The position numbers and the translations under genes were made by a program. The notes under the pieces were generated by a model that worked only from the letters and a program-made list of their open reading frames with translations, had not been told where the DNA came from and ran no database searches. Positions 1-12,458 of a stretch of 64,000 nt of DNA are shown in pieces. The stretch covers positions 12,836,001 to 12,900,000 of the forward strand of contig CM052816.1 in the NCBI GenBank assembly GCA_028534125.1. The letters run 5' to 3'. The DNA is from Lama glama. Its lineage: Eukaryota. Within the stretch, counting starts at the first letter, position 1, and each line of letters starts with the position of its first letter.

Positions 1-19
1 TAAAGCAGTAAAAGAATTC

Positions 20-420
20 GGGCTCTTCTAGTTGTAAATAATAGAAACTCAACACAAACTAGCTTATACTCGGATATTTTGTTGGTTCTCAGAACGCGGA
101 AGTTGAGATGAGCGGCGGGCCCCAGACGTGGCTGAATCCAAGAACTGAAATCACGTGAGGCTTCCCTCTCTCGGCTTTGGCTCTGATGATACATATGGTC
201 ACAGCAGTGTTGGTATTACCATCGTCACAGCGAGTTCCCAGCGAAAGAGGTGAGCTGTTTCCCCAGCAACCACAGGAATCTTTATAGCGAGCGATTCCAA
301 ATCAAGAGAATGAAACTCTCTCCCCAGGGCCCTGTTGGTGCTGCATCCATCAGTGCCCACTTTTGGAACAGCTGGGTTGGGTCTGAGTCATAGGTATCCT
401 CATTGGGTCGTGTCTCCACT
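20..420 (-). mobile_element. Old MaLR LTR fragment (MLT1J/K/L-like)
   Basis: 'ctcttctagttgtaaataatagaaactcaacacaaactagctta...ggctgaatccaagaactga' resembles the reverse-strand end of old MLT1 LTRs. Recalled consensus; ends approximate. Confidence 0.55.
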
Positions 421-2169
421 TCCATTTATATTAATGACTTTACCAAAATCACTTGGATGGATTACCTAGTGGGAAAGGGAGGTTCTGCTACCAGAGCACA
501 GAGATGATTGACAAGCAAAATCAGCAGATGCCCACGCCAGCTGTGAATATCATTACCCCTGAAGACGAAGGGGTCGGGGACATCGCCAAGAGCAAGGAAA
601 AAGGAGAGAATGAATAAATGAAGGATATTGAGAGAAGGCAGTGGAAAGGGACCCAGGGCTGTTTGACCAATCAGCAGCTTTGGTCTGGAGGAAACTGGAG
701 GAGTAAGCCTGAGGTCTGTAGAGCAGTGTCCTTGGGGAGTTCTTGCTCTGCAGAGGAGCAATAAAAAGCTACGCCTTGTTTGGAGACAAGTTTTCTTACT
801 TTGCAGGGCTTCACAATGAGGAATCTCATAAAACTTTATGGATATAGGAAGAAAAGTCAGAGAGACTTCAGCTTTAACAAGCAGTTAAAATATATTCTCT
901 TCAATCCTTTAGGAAACTAATAAAAATTGCAAGTGCTCAGAAAGGCAGGAGAGGAGTACGTTAATGTTTTTCCCTTGTTATTAAGCTTTGACTAACCTTT
1001 AAAAAAGAAAAAAACAAAACAAAGCAAGCAGTTCATGAAATCATGATTAATAATAATCATCATCATGATTATTTTCTGTCTAAGGTTTACTTTTGCCATC
1101 TTGAGTTTTGCTTTTCTCTTTAAAGACTTCCAATTTTTTTCCCCAATGTCAAGGCAGTTTTGTCTTTGTCTTAATGTATCATCAGCATTGAAACAATGTT
1201 CTTAGTCACACTGGGATGCGGACACAGGAAAGGAAAAGCTGAGCATTTGTACACAAAGCTGACACTGGTCTTCAGCCTCACAAGCAAGATGCTCAGAGCT
1301 GTTTTCTGAGGAGAAGAGACATAGTCAACCCAGCCTCCCAGGATGAAGCAAACTCATTCAGGACACAGACCACTAGAGGAAGATGTTTTCATCACGGGTT
1401 AATTGGTTATATGCATCCCGCTTGCAATTTGGCCCCATCACCTTCATTATACAAATTTATAAGTGTCAGCCCTGCATAATTAATTCATTCACCTTCTCCC
1501 TGCCGTCGTGATGCAGTGGTGCTGGACAGTCTCTCTCTGGTTTTACCACTACAGGTTGTTTTCTAGGTGGATAAAATGCTGTCCTCAGCCTCCATTGTAG
1601 CAAAAGTGAAAAAGAGAGAAAGGCTTGAGAAGTAAGGCTGCTCAAGAGAAAAGAGACTGGATTGAGCACACACTCTGGCCACTTTGAGAACCAAGACACA
1701 CTCATACCCAATAATTTTAGAACGTCAGGGTGCCAGAGTGTTTTTAACAGACTGCACACATGTAATTTGTCACTCTCAGTTCTAATCAGCTAAGACTAGA
1801 CTGAAGTAGAAATGCAGGCAAAAGCAGAATTTCTATATGCAAATTAAAATGAAAAGGAGGCATAATACCGCACATATTAGGAGTAGAACACGCATCGCCA
1901 ATTTTAAATACAGATCAAACAAAGAAACCCCCTGAAGCCTTATCAGCAATGTCATTGAGAGTAATGAGGCATTAACGGAAATAGTGATCAGTAAATAATG
2001 GTAATTACAGTCAGCTCAGAAAGTGCGTGACACCCATTTGACGTGGTGTGTATTACATTTTGCAATAGCTCAACACTTAATTTTCTTACTCTCATAGGGA
2101 TTATTATTTTTTCAGTTAAGATTTTAACCCTTTTCAATAGATGACTTATTATAATTTATTCTGACTCCT

Positions 2170-2385
2170 ATTTGTAATCACTATGTATTGGGCACTTACT
2201 GGGGGCTAAGCATTTAAATGCGTATTATTTTAATTAACATTCACAATGACTCTGCAAGATAGGCTGGCACCATCTCTATTTTACAAATTATGAAATGGAA
2301 TTCAAAACTCAGAGGAGTTCTAGGACCAAAGTGGCCTAGAGGTGATGAGGATGGATGGAGTTTTGAACCCAGATGTCCCCCAGCA
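2170..2385 (-). mobile_element. MIR SINE
   Basis: Antisense MIR core: 'tattgggcacttact...cattcacaatgactctgcaagatagg...ctctattttacaaattatgaaat...tttgaacccagatgtc'. Confidence 0.7.
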
Positions 2386-2764
2386 GTGATGTCTTTTCAC
2401 TGTCCTGCACTCTCAGTAGTGAGTAGTGGGTGTCCTTACCTGACTAACCAGGTGGGGCCGTGGACCTCTGCATCACTTCTGGCCTGCCCCTCACCGCGGC
2501 ATGTCTCCATGGACCCCCCGTTTCAGCTCTGTCCCCTGTGATGGTTAGTTGAAACAGACAGTTGCCCAGTTTATATATGGCTTTAGGCAAAGTACATAAT
2601 CTAATTTTTCCAAGGTACATCGAGTGACCCAGGAGATTTGGGCAACAGGAGGCTTGTATCTGTGGCCATGACTTTCATATCTCCTCATTTTTATTAAAAA
2701 GGGAAGTGATAAAAGGATTAGGACAAGCTTGTTCAGTAAGAATGACATTAATGATAACAGTGGT

Positions 2765-2965
2765 TAATATATATGGTCAATAAATAGTAAGTACCTATTA
2801 AGTGCCAGGCCACGAGCAAAGCCCTTTACATGCAATATCTTATTTAACTCTCCCAACATGATAGTAAGGTGTTATCTCCACTATAAAGATAAGTAGATAA
2901 AGATTCAGAAGCCTTAAGTGATGTGTCCAGGGACTCACCCACTATAAGCGGCCAAACCAGGACTG
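2765..2965 (-). mobile_element. MIR SINE
   Basis: 'gtacctattaagtgccaggc...tttacatgcaatatcttatttaactctc...gattcagaagccttaagtgatgtgtccaggg'. Confidence 0.7.
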
Positions 2966-3062
2966 GGCCAGGACGAAGGGGTTCATGGTTTTGTAGGCAA
3001 GGAAGGTAACACAAATGAGTAAAACAGGCATGAAGGGGCCACGGCAAACGCCAGAGCACATG

Positions 3063-3282
3063 CAGGGACTCAGTTCTACCATTTTGGGGCCGTGCAGAAG
3101 CATGTGCCCAGGTCTTCTAATTTTTTTTCAAATCAATAATCTGAGTATTTTTCATGTGAAATCTCCTAATTGTAAAAGATCAGCGTCAGTTTATTTCAAA
3201 TGAGTTTCTTTAAACATTTCGAGTACCCAGTGACCTGCAGGCTGAGGGTGGTTGGTCCCAGCCTTTCCGGATGCTACCACTG
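3063..3282. mobile_element. hAT-Charlie non-autonomous DNA transposon (MER102-like)
   Basis: Internal motif 'aatctgagtatttttcatgtgaaatctcctaattgtaaaa' with cag...ctg ends. Confidence 0.45.
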
Positions 3283-4422
3283 ATCTAGATAGCCCTCGTG
3301 CCCTCAGCCCTCGGACTGCCGGAGCTCCCGTGTCTCCTTAGGCCATCTCTGCAAACAGTTATTTGCAGGTCTGTCATTTCTGAGATCTACATCTCCTGCT
3401 TCCTTCCATAAGGAGCACCATTCCTAGAACTCTCTCTTCCCAGGGGCAAATTTCCACTCCCCAGCCCCCAAGACTGATAAATGTTTGCATCTACAAAGGT
3501 GCGAGGACCAACTTTTTATTTTTAAAAAATGGTGCCCTTGAGGGTTCATTGCCTTTTTACTAGGGAGAGATTAAATAGAAACACTTTCAGGGGCCAAACG
3601 CATTCAAAGTTTGGGAACTGGGACCATATGTGTGGTGCCCTCGAAGTTTTCATTTTGCTGAAAGCCATCTGCCTCTTGTTATCCTGGTGCACCCAGGCCT
3701 GATGGCGGTGCTGTAGCATGAAAATTGGTTCCAGCTAGGTTTCCATCTTGGCCTCCAGAAACTCGTTTTAATTGGCAGGTCCTTGCTTCAGGGTTTTTCC
3801 CTAAGACAGCTGGGCTCCCGGCATGCCTAATCTTCACCCCATCTTCAGCCGAAGCACAAGGGGAAGCTCCACAGGCTTAGAAAGGCTGAGCAGACTTCAT
3901 GCATTTTGTCTCCTTCCCACTCGTGTTTATTAATATCTGGGCAGAAATGTGACCATGAGAAGTTTTGACGTGCACAAGGAGGGTGGCGACAGCAAGCGAG
4001 CTCCGTGCCCACCAAGTGGGCTGTGCTGGAAAAGGAGAAGGTTTGCAGATCCTAAACCTACTTGTGGGCAGGGATTTAGATCCTCAGCGTATTTTGCACA
4101 AAATGACTGAAGGCCGGTTTGAAGTAGCAAATAAGCTGCAGAGTAATGTAGAAAGCTAAGAGCTGTGACGCAACATTGTTCTGCGCTTGGCCCAGGGATT
4201 TATAAATGTCATTTCTCTCTGGAGAGTAAGAGTTCTTTGGTAGATAGATATATGCTATTTGAGCAACAGGATTTGAATGGATTCTTAACACTGCTGTAGA
4301 GTTGGGAGAAATACTCCGGTTAGGCACAACAGTTATTTTATGAGTGAAAGGATGAAAGTTTCAGTCTGTGTATTTGCACAGCCTTTCCCCCCCTCTCTGT
4401 GCAAAAGGAGTTCAGAAGTTAC

Positions 4423-4472
4423 CTGCTCTGTTCCGTCCTCATCCTCCACAGAGAGCTCTTCCGTTGGCGATG
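4423..4472 (-). other. Candidate 50-nt internal exon (transcript unknown)
   Basis: Minus strand: long polypyrimidine tract 'tttcctctgtgctttctgtcttttcccttcatctggtctcctaattcag|', then the exon, then 'CAG|gtaact'. Open frames read (x)SPTEELSVEDEDGTEQ or HRQRKSSLWRMRTEQS. No homologue recognised. Confidence 0.35.
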
Positions 4473-5589
4473 CTGAATTAGGAGACCAGATGAAGGGAAA
4501 AGACAGAAAGCACAGAGGAAACTTCGCTCTCTAGAGAACCCTAAGCAGTAAGGAAATAACCTCCTGAGAGTCCTTTGTGTGGGAAGGCAGAGCGTGGAGA
4601 CGAGGAGGAGTTATTTAAGAGGGATTACGGGGGCTGAGCAGAGCAGGTGATGAGGGAGATGGTTCTAGAGAGGAGGAAGAGCTGTTCTGGAGACTTCTCA
4701 GTCCGTAGGAGAGAACTGAGGGTTACTGATGATTTTATTAATATAAATAACATATAAAAATATAAAAATCAGTAGTTTTTATAATATTAATAATGGTCCC
4801 ACTTATGTTGCTGGAAAGATGCTACAACTTGTTAGAACTCCTATTTGAGTGATACCACTTTGAATTTCCAGTTTCTCATGGACTGAACCACGTAGCCCAT
4901 GGCTTTAATAGGGTGACAACTATAAGTGACAATGACTGTCCAGCCCTCCTTTCCTCTCTGTCAGACCCTGTGATTATTTCCAAAGAGACATAGATACTTA
5001 GCACAGAAGCACAAACACACGTGACTTTGTTTTCTCAGCCAGGAGTGAGGGGACCTTTCAATAAATGTAACGCTAGCCCCAGATTTTAGAATGATCGGCC
5101 TCTGGGCAATTAGGGGTCAGCATTTGGTGGTGACCTCCAGGAGTTTATTGTGATCTTTTCAGGGAGACAGCCATCTTTGTGACTCCTTAAACCTCTTGTT
5201 CATCCATTTAATCAATAAATACTTACGGCTCACTTACCATGGAGCAGACACATGTTCTTGGTTCTGAGGATACCTTAGTTAATACTCCTTTCTCACAGAA
5301 CCTACATTTCTTTTGACACATACATTTTTTCTAAAGAAAATATTCCGATTAAGCACACAAAGCAATGGAAGTGGCAGGTTATAAACTTGGTATTTAAGTA
5401 ACTGGGAAAATGAAATCCTATCTCAGAATCCTCATGCTAGAATTACAGGGAAATAAGGGTTGTACCAAAAATTCCCTCCTTTATCCATTCCAACATAACT
5501 CGGAATTGCAAACATTTACCCTCTGCTAAACAGAGCCTGGCATCCTTTGAAGAAGCAGAGGGAGGTAGGGAGCTGCAGGGTCAGTGAGG

Positions 5590-5795
5590 TGAGCTGAGGT
5601 CCATCAGACCAGAGTTGGGTCGCAGCTGGGTCCCTGCGCTCTGGGCAAGCTGCATCATTTAGGTCTTTTATCACCTATAATAAGGGGTTAATAATAGTAC
5701 CTATCTCATTAGGGGCTTTGTGTGGATTAAATGAGCTAATACATGCGAAGCATTTAGCTCAGCGTATGCCAGAGAGTGTGCACTCAATCATTATT
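5590..5795 (+). mobile_element. MIR SINE
   Basis: 'ctgggcaagc...taataatagtacctatctcattagggg...ggattaaatgagctaatacatgcgaagcatttag' is the MIR core and tail. Confidence 0.8.
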
Positions 5796-8087
5796 ATGAT
5801 CTATTTTTTATTCCTTTGTTTCCTTGTCTTTAAAGAATGGGCAGGGGAAATTCAGCTCCTCTTAAGGCAAGAATCTTTTCAAAAAAAAAAGAAATGGAAA
5901 AAAATTATGGATGAAAAAATCTCACTGACAAGTGAAAGGCTACACTGAGCAACTCAAAGAATGATATGTAAGGTGGCAGGTCTGCGCAGGATTTAGAACA
6001 GATGGAACATTCTCACAACAAGAACAGAGGCTGTGGTTTCCCACACAGCATGTGCGTTTGCGTCTCTGTGTGTGTCTGCGTTACCAGCGAAGTTATTTTC
6101 TATTAACCACAGCTAGCTTTCTGAGTGCAAATGACAACTTCGACAGGCTTGCATCACCAAGGAGGCAGCAAGACTCCAGCTATACTAGTTCTGTGGTCCC
6201 AGAGCCGTTTCCAACTCTTTAGCGCTGAGAAGGTTCCCTTGATGGAGCAAATTATGATCTGATTGACATGGGCAAACAATGCAAAATGCCAGTGTCGAGC
6301 CAGCAGAGTGATTTCCTAGACAATGACTTCACTGAAGGAAGAAGCGTATGACATCTCTATACTCCACATTCTTTCCAGTGCTTGGCTCAGCATCTAGGCG
6401 TTCAGGCAAATTCTCCTCTAGCCGTGTTTTCTCGGGAGGGCCCAGAGGGCATCAGTCACTTGAATTCCCAGATCTGCCTCCACCTTTTTCCTGGGAACGT
6501 TGCCGGAGGTTAAATCATGAGGCTAATGGTTATACTGAGAGATCTCTCAGATGATCTAATTCTGATATTCTTCATTCCATTGTCGTTTCTTCCGATCCAT
6601 CTCAATGATGGTCCCTTTCATTTTGAGGCAGAGTTTGTCTTCGTGCCCGTGCGATCCTGCGTGTCACCAGGAAGCAGGGTGATGCAGCAACAGGGGCACA
6701 AGATGGGCAAGAGGGCCTGGATGCAGACCCTGATTCTGTCCTATCCGCCTCCTGCTGTGTAAATAATACCCACCCAGCGGCGAGGCTCTGAGGATCTGAG
6801 ATCACTTCTAATTCCCCCACCGAATGCTGACTCTTGCTATGATTTATCGCTTGGAGTCTTTCCCCATCAGTGTCTTCCTTATCTCTTCCGAAAAGATCCT
6901 TTTGAACGGCAGCATTCTCCAGCAGGCAACGTACAGCAGTGGTTGTTCCAATGTGCCTTGAAGCCAAACGCTTGGTTCTACTGCTGATGAACATTTTAAC
7001 TTTGGGCTCATTTTTCCCCTTTTTGTGCCTCAGTTCCCTTCCGTAGGAAATAAGGCCGATAACAAAAGCAGCCCTTGAAGGGTTGCTTCAGGATGGAACG
7101 GCCGCCCTACGCAGAGCTTCTGTAGTGTGGGCTGTTATTAGTTTTAGTTAGTATTTGGAAGTTATCTAACACTGGGTCAGCATAAAGTCATCAGCCAGTC
7201 AAGTAGGAGACAGAGATGGGGCCTGGAGGACAAAGCATAAGAGAAGAGAGAAAAACGAAAAACTGTTCGCATCACATCCTGCACAGCCTGATTGGCGAGA
7301 ACCTCTCCCAGAGTTCACGAGGCTTCGGCTCCCTCAGCGTGGGGGCTGGCGATCAAGCCTTGTGTGTCTGTGTATCCTTGGTGACTGGCTCAAAGGAACA
7401 CTCAGGAAAAATTGTTGGAGTAAATAAATATACAACAGAAGAGGAATACAGAGCTTTGCGTTGCTGCCAGGCTGTCAAGCCCTCTGACATTTTTGGCATC
7501 CCGAACAGTCACAGACTGGCGCCACACAAAGTGACCTGAAGCCCTTTACAGCTTGTCAACAGGGGACCTAGGACCACATCTGCCTGCTCCAGGTGACTTG
7601 TCGGATACTCTTCAAGGCCATTAAAGTGCCTGGAAAGGCCAGACCAAACAGGACATCCAGGAACCTTAATCAAGCATACACTCTTGGGCACAGGTCAACA
7701 GAAGTAGCCCAATCCCCCGGCTGCAGCAAGAATTCTTTTAGATCATTTTTTCGGGCAGTGGGTGTCCTCCTCAAAGGCGGGACTATTATCCACGTGACCT
7801 CTCAAAATCCCTTTCTCTCCTGTGATGCATTCGGTGACCTCCTCCCGGTGAGGAAAATGATATCTTTGTGGCTCGAAAGGGTTTTCTCCCCTCCTCCCTG
7901 TTCAACGTGATTCATCGGTTTCTCCTCACCAGTAGGTCACTTCCCGTGTTCGTTCCCCAAACTCTCCTGTGAAGAAGGCAGCAGGGGATAAAAATAGACC
8001 CACCAGAAGCAGAAAAGGCTCACTGGGCAGCTACCTGGCTGCCCTCAGGCCGTGTTCTAACGCTACCCCGCCAGCAAGCCACTGAGT

Positions 8088-8300
8088 AGAGAATCAGACT
8101 GCCTCAGTTTACACCCTTGCTCTGCATGCGCCAACTGTGTTGCCTTGGGCAAATTTCTTGACCTCTCAGTGTTTCCCTTTTCTCCCTGTAAAATGGGGAT
8201 AAGAATAGGATCTGCATCATAACATTTAGTGAGGATTTAATGCGTTAATATAAGTAAAGCATTTCGACCAGCGTCTGGTTCTTGATAAGAGCGCAATAAA
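8088..8300 (+). mobile_element. MIR SINE
   Basis: 'gaatcagactgcctcagttt...ctgtgttgccttgggcaaatttcttgacctctcagtgtttccc...ctgtaaaatggggataagaatag'. Confidence 0.85.
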
Positions 8301-9161
8301 AATTACCTAGAATTTTAATTCCTGAAGCCATTGTGAATTCTCTGCATTGAAGGAATGCACGGGCAAATAAATGAAAAGTGGAGACAAGTCACTTGCAGAA
8401 CTGCGTGAAAACGTGTGATGGCCGCAGCGCTCATCTCATTCCTAGTTCCTCCCTTCTGGTCTGGTTATTCACTGATGTCAGTAGCCAAGTTTGAGAAGGA
8501 AATTCTTCTTTGTTTACACTCTACAAACTATCACTCCCCACAAACAACTCTGAAGCGAATTAAAATATCTCATTTTCATTCACCTTTAACTCCGAATTGC
8601 TGTCTATTTCCCCTGATGGGAGACGTTGGTTCTTTGAAGTGGGATTTAGAAGGAGAGAGGAGGAGGTAGGCACTGTGACAGTTGAATTCTTGTTTTAAAA
8701 CGTGTCCTTAAATAATGGGCCCTTGCTCTCTTGCCTTGGCATGAGGAGTCGACCAGCATGGGGCTGTGCTCTGAGTGGAGAATGCCGCGCTGTCAGCATG
8801 CCCGTGTGGCTTGGGCTCCCTTCCCCTTCTGCTCTCAGTTGCAAATGAAGTCAGTTTCTGGAAACCGTTCACCATGTATTGACATCTGCGAATGGAGACA
8901 GGAAAAAAAAAAAAGACAGTAATAATCATCACCCGTGGAATACAGTGCACGGATCTGAGATTTTTCAGGAGAGAGATACAATTACATTTTGATTACATTT
9001 TGTAACTTTGTCTGTGTCTTTCTGATTTTACAGTTTTCCTTCTTAGAAGAATACTGGCAGGAGTGTTTGACAGGTAATGATGGATTCAAAAGCTTTTGGC
9101 AGCCGCGGTCGTTTGTGTCTCTCAGACACGTAGGTGGCAGGGGTGAGCCATCTGCATTTAC

Positions 9162-9506
9162 CTGGGGTTCTACTGCCATGTGCACCGAGGGACGAGGATG
9201 GGAGGAAGTCGACGGCCAAAACGTCCGCTGAAAGTCTCCAACAGCAGGATTGGATGGAGAAGAGCACAAGAATTGGTGCCTCTGTTTTCCACAAGGACAA
9301 CTGGTACATTCACTCTGTTCAGGTCACGAGGAGGTGCAGGGGAGAAGATGAATGGGCCTCTTTCTATGCAGGTCTTTTCCCTGGCAACGAAGCCCACCAT
9401 CGAAGAATACAGTATGGCTCCCTCGACCCTGAGCGGTTTGGCAGACACATTTTGTAACCGGTGATGGTGCCAGCAGCTTGTAGCAGCCTCCACCACAGCA
9501 AATCAG
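9162..9506 (-). other. Candidate exon in a CpG-retaining unique segment (alternative acceptors at 9227 and 9506)
   Basis: Minus-strand donor CAG|gtaaat at 9162/9161. Acceptors 'ctgtttttctttttaatatcacag|' (9506) and 'gagactttcag|' (9227, giving a 66-nt exon). CpG is locally elevated. Confidence 0.3.
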
Positions 9507-10459
9507 CTGTGATATTAAAAAGAAAAACAGCCTGGCAATGTGGAAATTGTCCCATCCAGCAGGATTTCCCCAAACAAGAGGCTTGATTTTTGCTGCCCAA
9601 GGGAGAGTGACAGAACTGATTAATCCTTTATTCCAAAGTTTGTTTGTTCTCCGCCGACAAATTTTGGTTGTTCATTTCTTTTCATCTTTTATATAATAAG
9701 GCAACATTGTGACTATTTAAACGGCCCAAGTGAAGTAAGATTTGGCGATAGCACAGTGAAATTAAGCCAGCCAGACCAAGAAGAGAAGAGATCGGGTCAT
9801 TCGAGGTAAAGAAATCTGTTATCCCCAAACTTTCTGGATTGGCTCAATTGGTGGTGAAAACACTTTATTTTCTGCTGTAGTAACTCACTCAGCCATCTGG
9901 ATTATTTAATCTATCCAGACACTGGTCCATATTTTTTCAGACCCAATGATGGATTTTTTTTTTTTTTGGCAACCTGAATAATGTACAAGGCTGAAATTAA
10001 CTAGAGAATTTCCAGCTCTTTTCCTCACCCTGGTGAGCAGCCTCAGGCTGCACAGGCACAGGGAAAGAGTTTGCATCTTTAGCTGGTGAGTGCTCCAGCT
10101 GACCAGGTGCAGGGTGATTTCCAGTGGGGTTAACTTCATGTGTCCAGCGCTTGGTGCTCACACACCGTGGGAGCTCAGTAAGCATGTGATTCCTTCCTCC
10201 TCTCAGCAGCTTCTGCTTCCCCAGTTTGACCCCACAGAGTTGTGGAGGTGCAAGTCCTTTCATCTACAGAGCTGAGGCCCATGGCCCAGGAACTGCCAAA
10301 AGACGGGGAGTCAACAGAACCCAAGAAGAGGACAGTCCATCCAAGGATCAGTGGGCTCTTGTTCTCTCCACCATCGCAAGTTTCTAAGTAAAAGTGTCAC
10401 AGCTGGTACCACACTGCTGTCAAACATAACTAACTGGACAGCTGTGGGCACCAGCCAGC

Positions 10460-10873
10460 CGAGAGCTTCCGTGCTGGGGAACACAGCCACGTGCTGCCCT
10501 AGGAGGGCGTGGGGGCTCTGCCCCCTGCCCCGGCTCTTCCACTTGGCTAATCCTGAGCCATGTCCTCCCACCCCATCCTCCCCTTGTGCATCTCTTCCAT
10601 TTGGCTGTTTCTGAGCTGTATCCTTTATAATAAAATGGTAAGTGTGAGTCCAGTGTTTTTCTGAGTTCTATAAGTCATTCTAGTGAATTATTAAACCTGA
10701 GGTGGGTGGACATGGGAACCTTCAAAACTGTCATCAGCCAAGCAGAGTGCAAATAGCCTGGCCACCCTATTTGTGGCTGGAGTCTAGAGCAGTCTTGTGG
10801 ACTGAGCCCTCTACCTGTGGGGTCTGTGCTAATTCTGAGCGGTTAGTACCGGAATTAAGTTCAATTGCAGGAC
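10460..10873 (+). mobile_element. MER21-family LTR, 3' part
   Basis: 'catctcttccatttggctgtttctgagctgtatcctttataataaaatggtaag...ttctagtgaattattaaacctgagg...cagtcttgtggactgagccct' are MER21 hallmarks. Homologous to 41165-41580. Confidence 0.8.
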
Positions 10874-11054
10874 TACCACGTACCTAGGTAGTTCCCTGTG
10901 AGTGGATGAACACGTCCTGCAGCATCATTGTCAGCCGATACTGAGGGAGGTCATTTGGCAACTTGACATTTTTCTAAAGTGAAGGTTAGAGCAATAGGCC
11001 TATTTATCTAGGGATCCCTGTGCTGAGTGTGAAGAAAACACATGAAATTTCCAC

Positions 11055-11770
11055 TTGGGTTTCCATATCTACAAAATGAGCATCCTGTTGGTACCTCCCT
11101 CAGGAGGTTGATGTGAGAAGTAAATGCAGAAATGCAAGCAAAATGCTCAGTGCAGCATCTGGCCCAGGAAGCACTCAGTAAACAATGATAACTGACATTT
11201 GTTGAGTGCTTTCTATATGCCAAACAGTCTCGGAACTTTACAAACATAGACGGAAGAGCTTATGACAATCCTGTGAAGTAGATGCTGTGATAGCCATTCA
11301 TAATAAAAAGAACATCAAATGGTAATTAAAGCTCAGATGACCTGGTGGCGTCCTCTGGTATAAGCAACAGTCAGGTCATAGACGTGCTTAACGGATGTGG
11401 GCTCTGGGTTCAAACATCCTGGGATGTAAACTCAGCTTTTCTACTTAGCAGCCAGGTGACTTCGGGCAGAGATAACTTAAGCTTACTGAATTTCAATTTT
11501 CTTATCTGGAAAATGGGGCTAATAATTACAGCAAGTAGGGTTGTTGCAGAAGTAATGTGACACTATAAATGAAGCATGTTTGGCCCACAAGGAGCAGATA
11601 ATACTCCAGTTCAAAACCTGCTGTTTGCTTTGAACCCCTCAGCCACTCCACTTACCATGTGGGTGACCTCGGGCAAGTCACACCCTCTCATCTGTAAGAT
11701 GGAGAGGCTGTCATGAGGGTTGGATAGGTTAAAATAACTAAGTACTTATTTGGTAAGTATTCAATAAATA
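11055..11770. mobile_element. Cluster of about four MIR fragments (+, -, +, +)
   Basis: MIR core motifs at about 11055-11195 (+), 11195-11330 (-), 11385-11570 (+; 'gtgacttcgggcagagataactta...tctggaaaatggggctaataat') and 11625-11770 (+). Confidence 0.75.
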
Positions 11771-12458
11771 AGCAAGCGTGTGTATAGACAAGAGTCTTTA
11801 TTTACACTTGATAAGGGCAAGCAGGAAACAGCAGCAGACTGAGGTCAGAGGCAGACAAGTCTCTGAGGGTCCCAAGGAGGTGGAGGCTGGATGCTGAGTG
11901 ACGGTCAGAGAGCGAGTCTGAGTGAGTTGAGCCTCATATTAAATTCAGCATGAACTTTAGCGTGGCAGGCTCCATATTGGGCTCCAGGAATTTACACACG
12001 AGCGTGCACAGTCTCAGCTGTCTGGGGGAGCAGGCTATGTGGCAGGATAGATGGGTTAGGAGGCATCTAACTAGGACAGCGTGCTGGGTATTACACTACA
12101 GAAAGGCAAAGAGTAAGGAGAAGCCGAGTAGAAAGATGGGTGCGGTGGCCTGTACCCGGGGGAGTGGCATGAGACTCAGGAGTGGCAAAGGAGAAAACTA
12201 GGTCAAAATGCTGGTTATGGATCCCCTAAGCGTCTGTGCTGTCTTAAAAGAACCCAGATGCCTGCAAACCTGAAAGACAGCACTGTACAGCATGTGGGGG
12301 TTGCTCGGAAGAAGCTTCGGTAAGATTGTAGACAATGTGTCCTTCCCTTTTGTCAACTCCAGCTGCAGGGTCCCAGGTAATCCTTGTTTTCTGCAATTCA
12401 ACTTAGCTAAGGTTGTCTGGGTTCCAAGCTAAGAACTTCCAGCTCTGCTCTGCATTTC

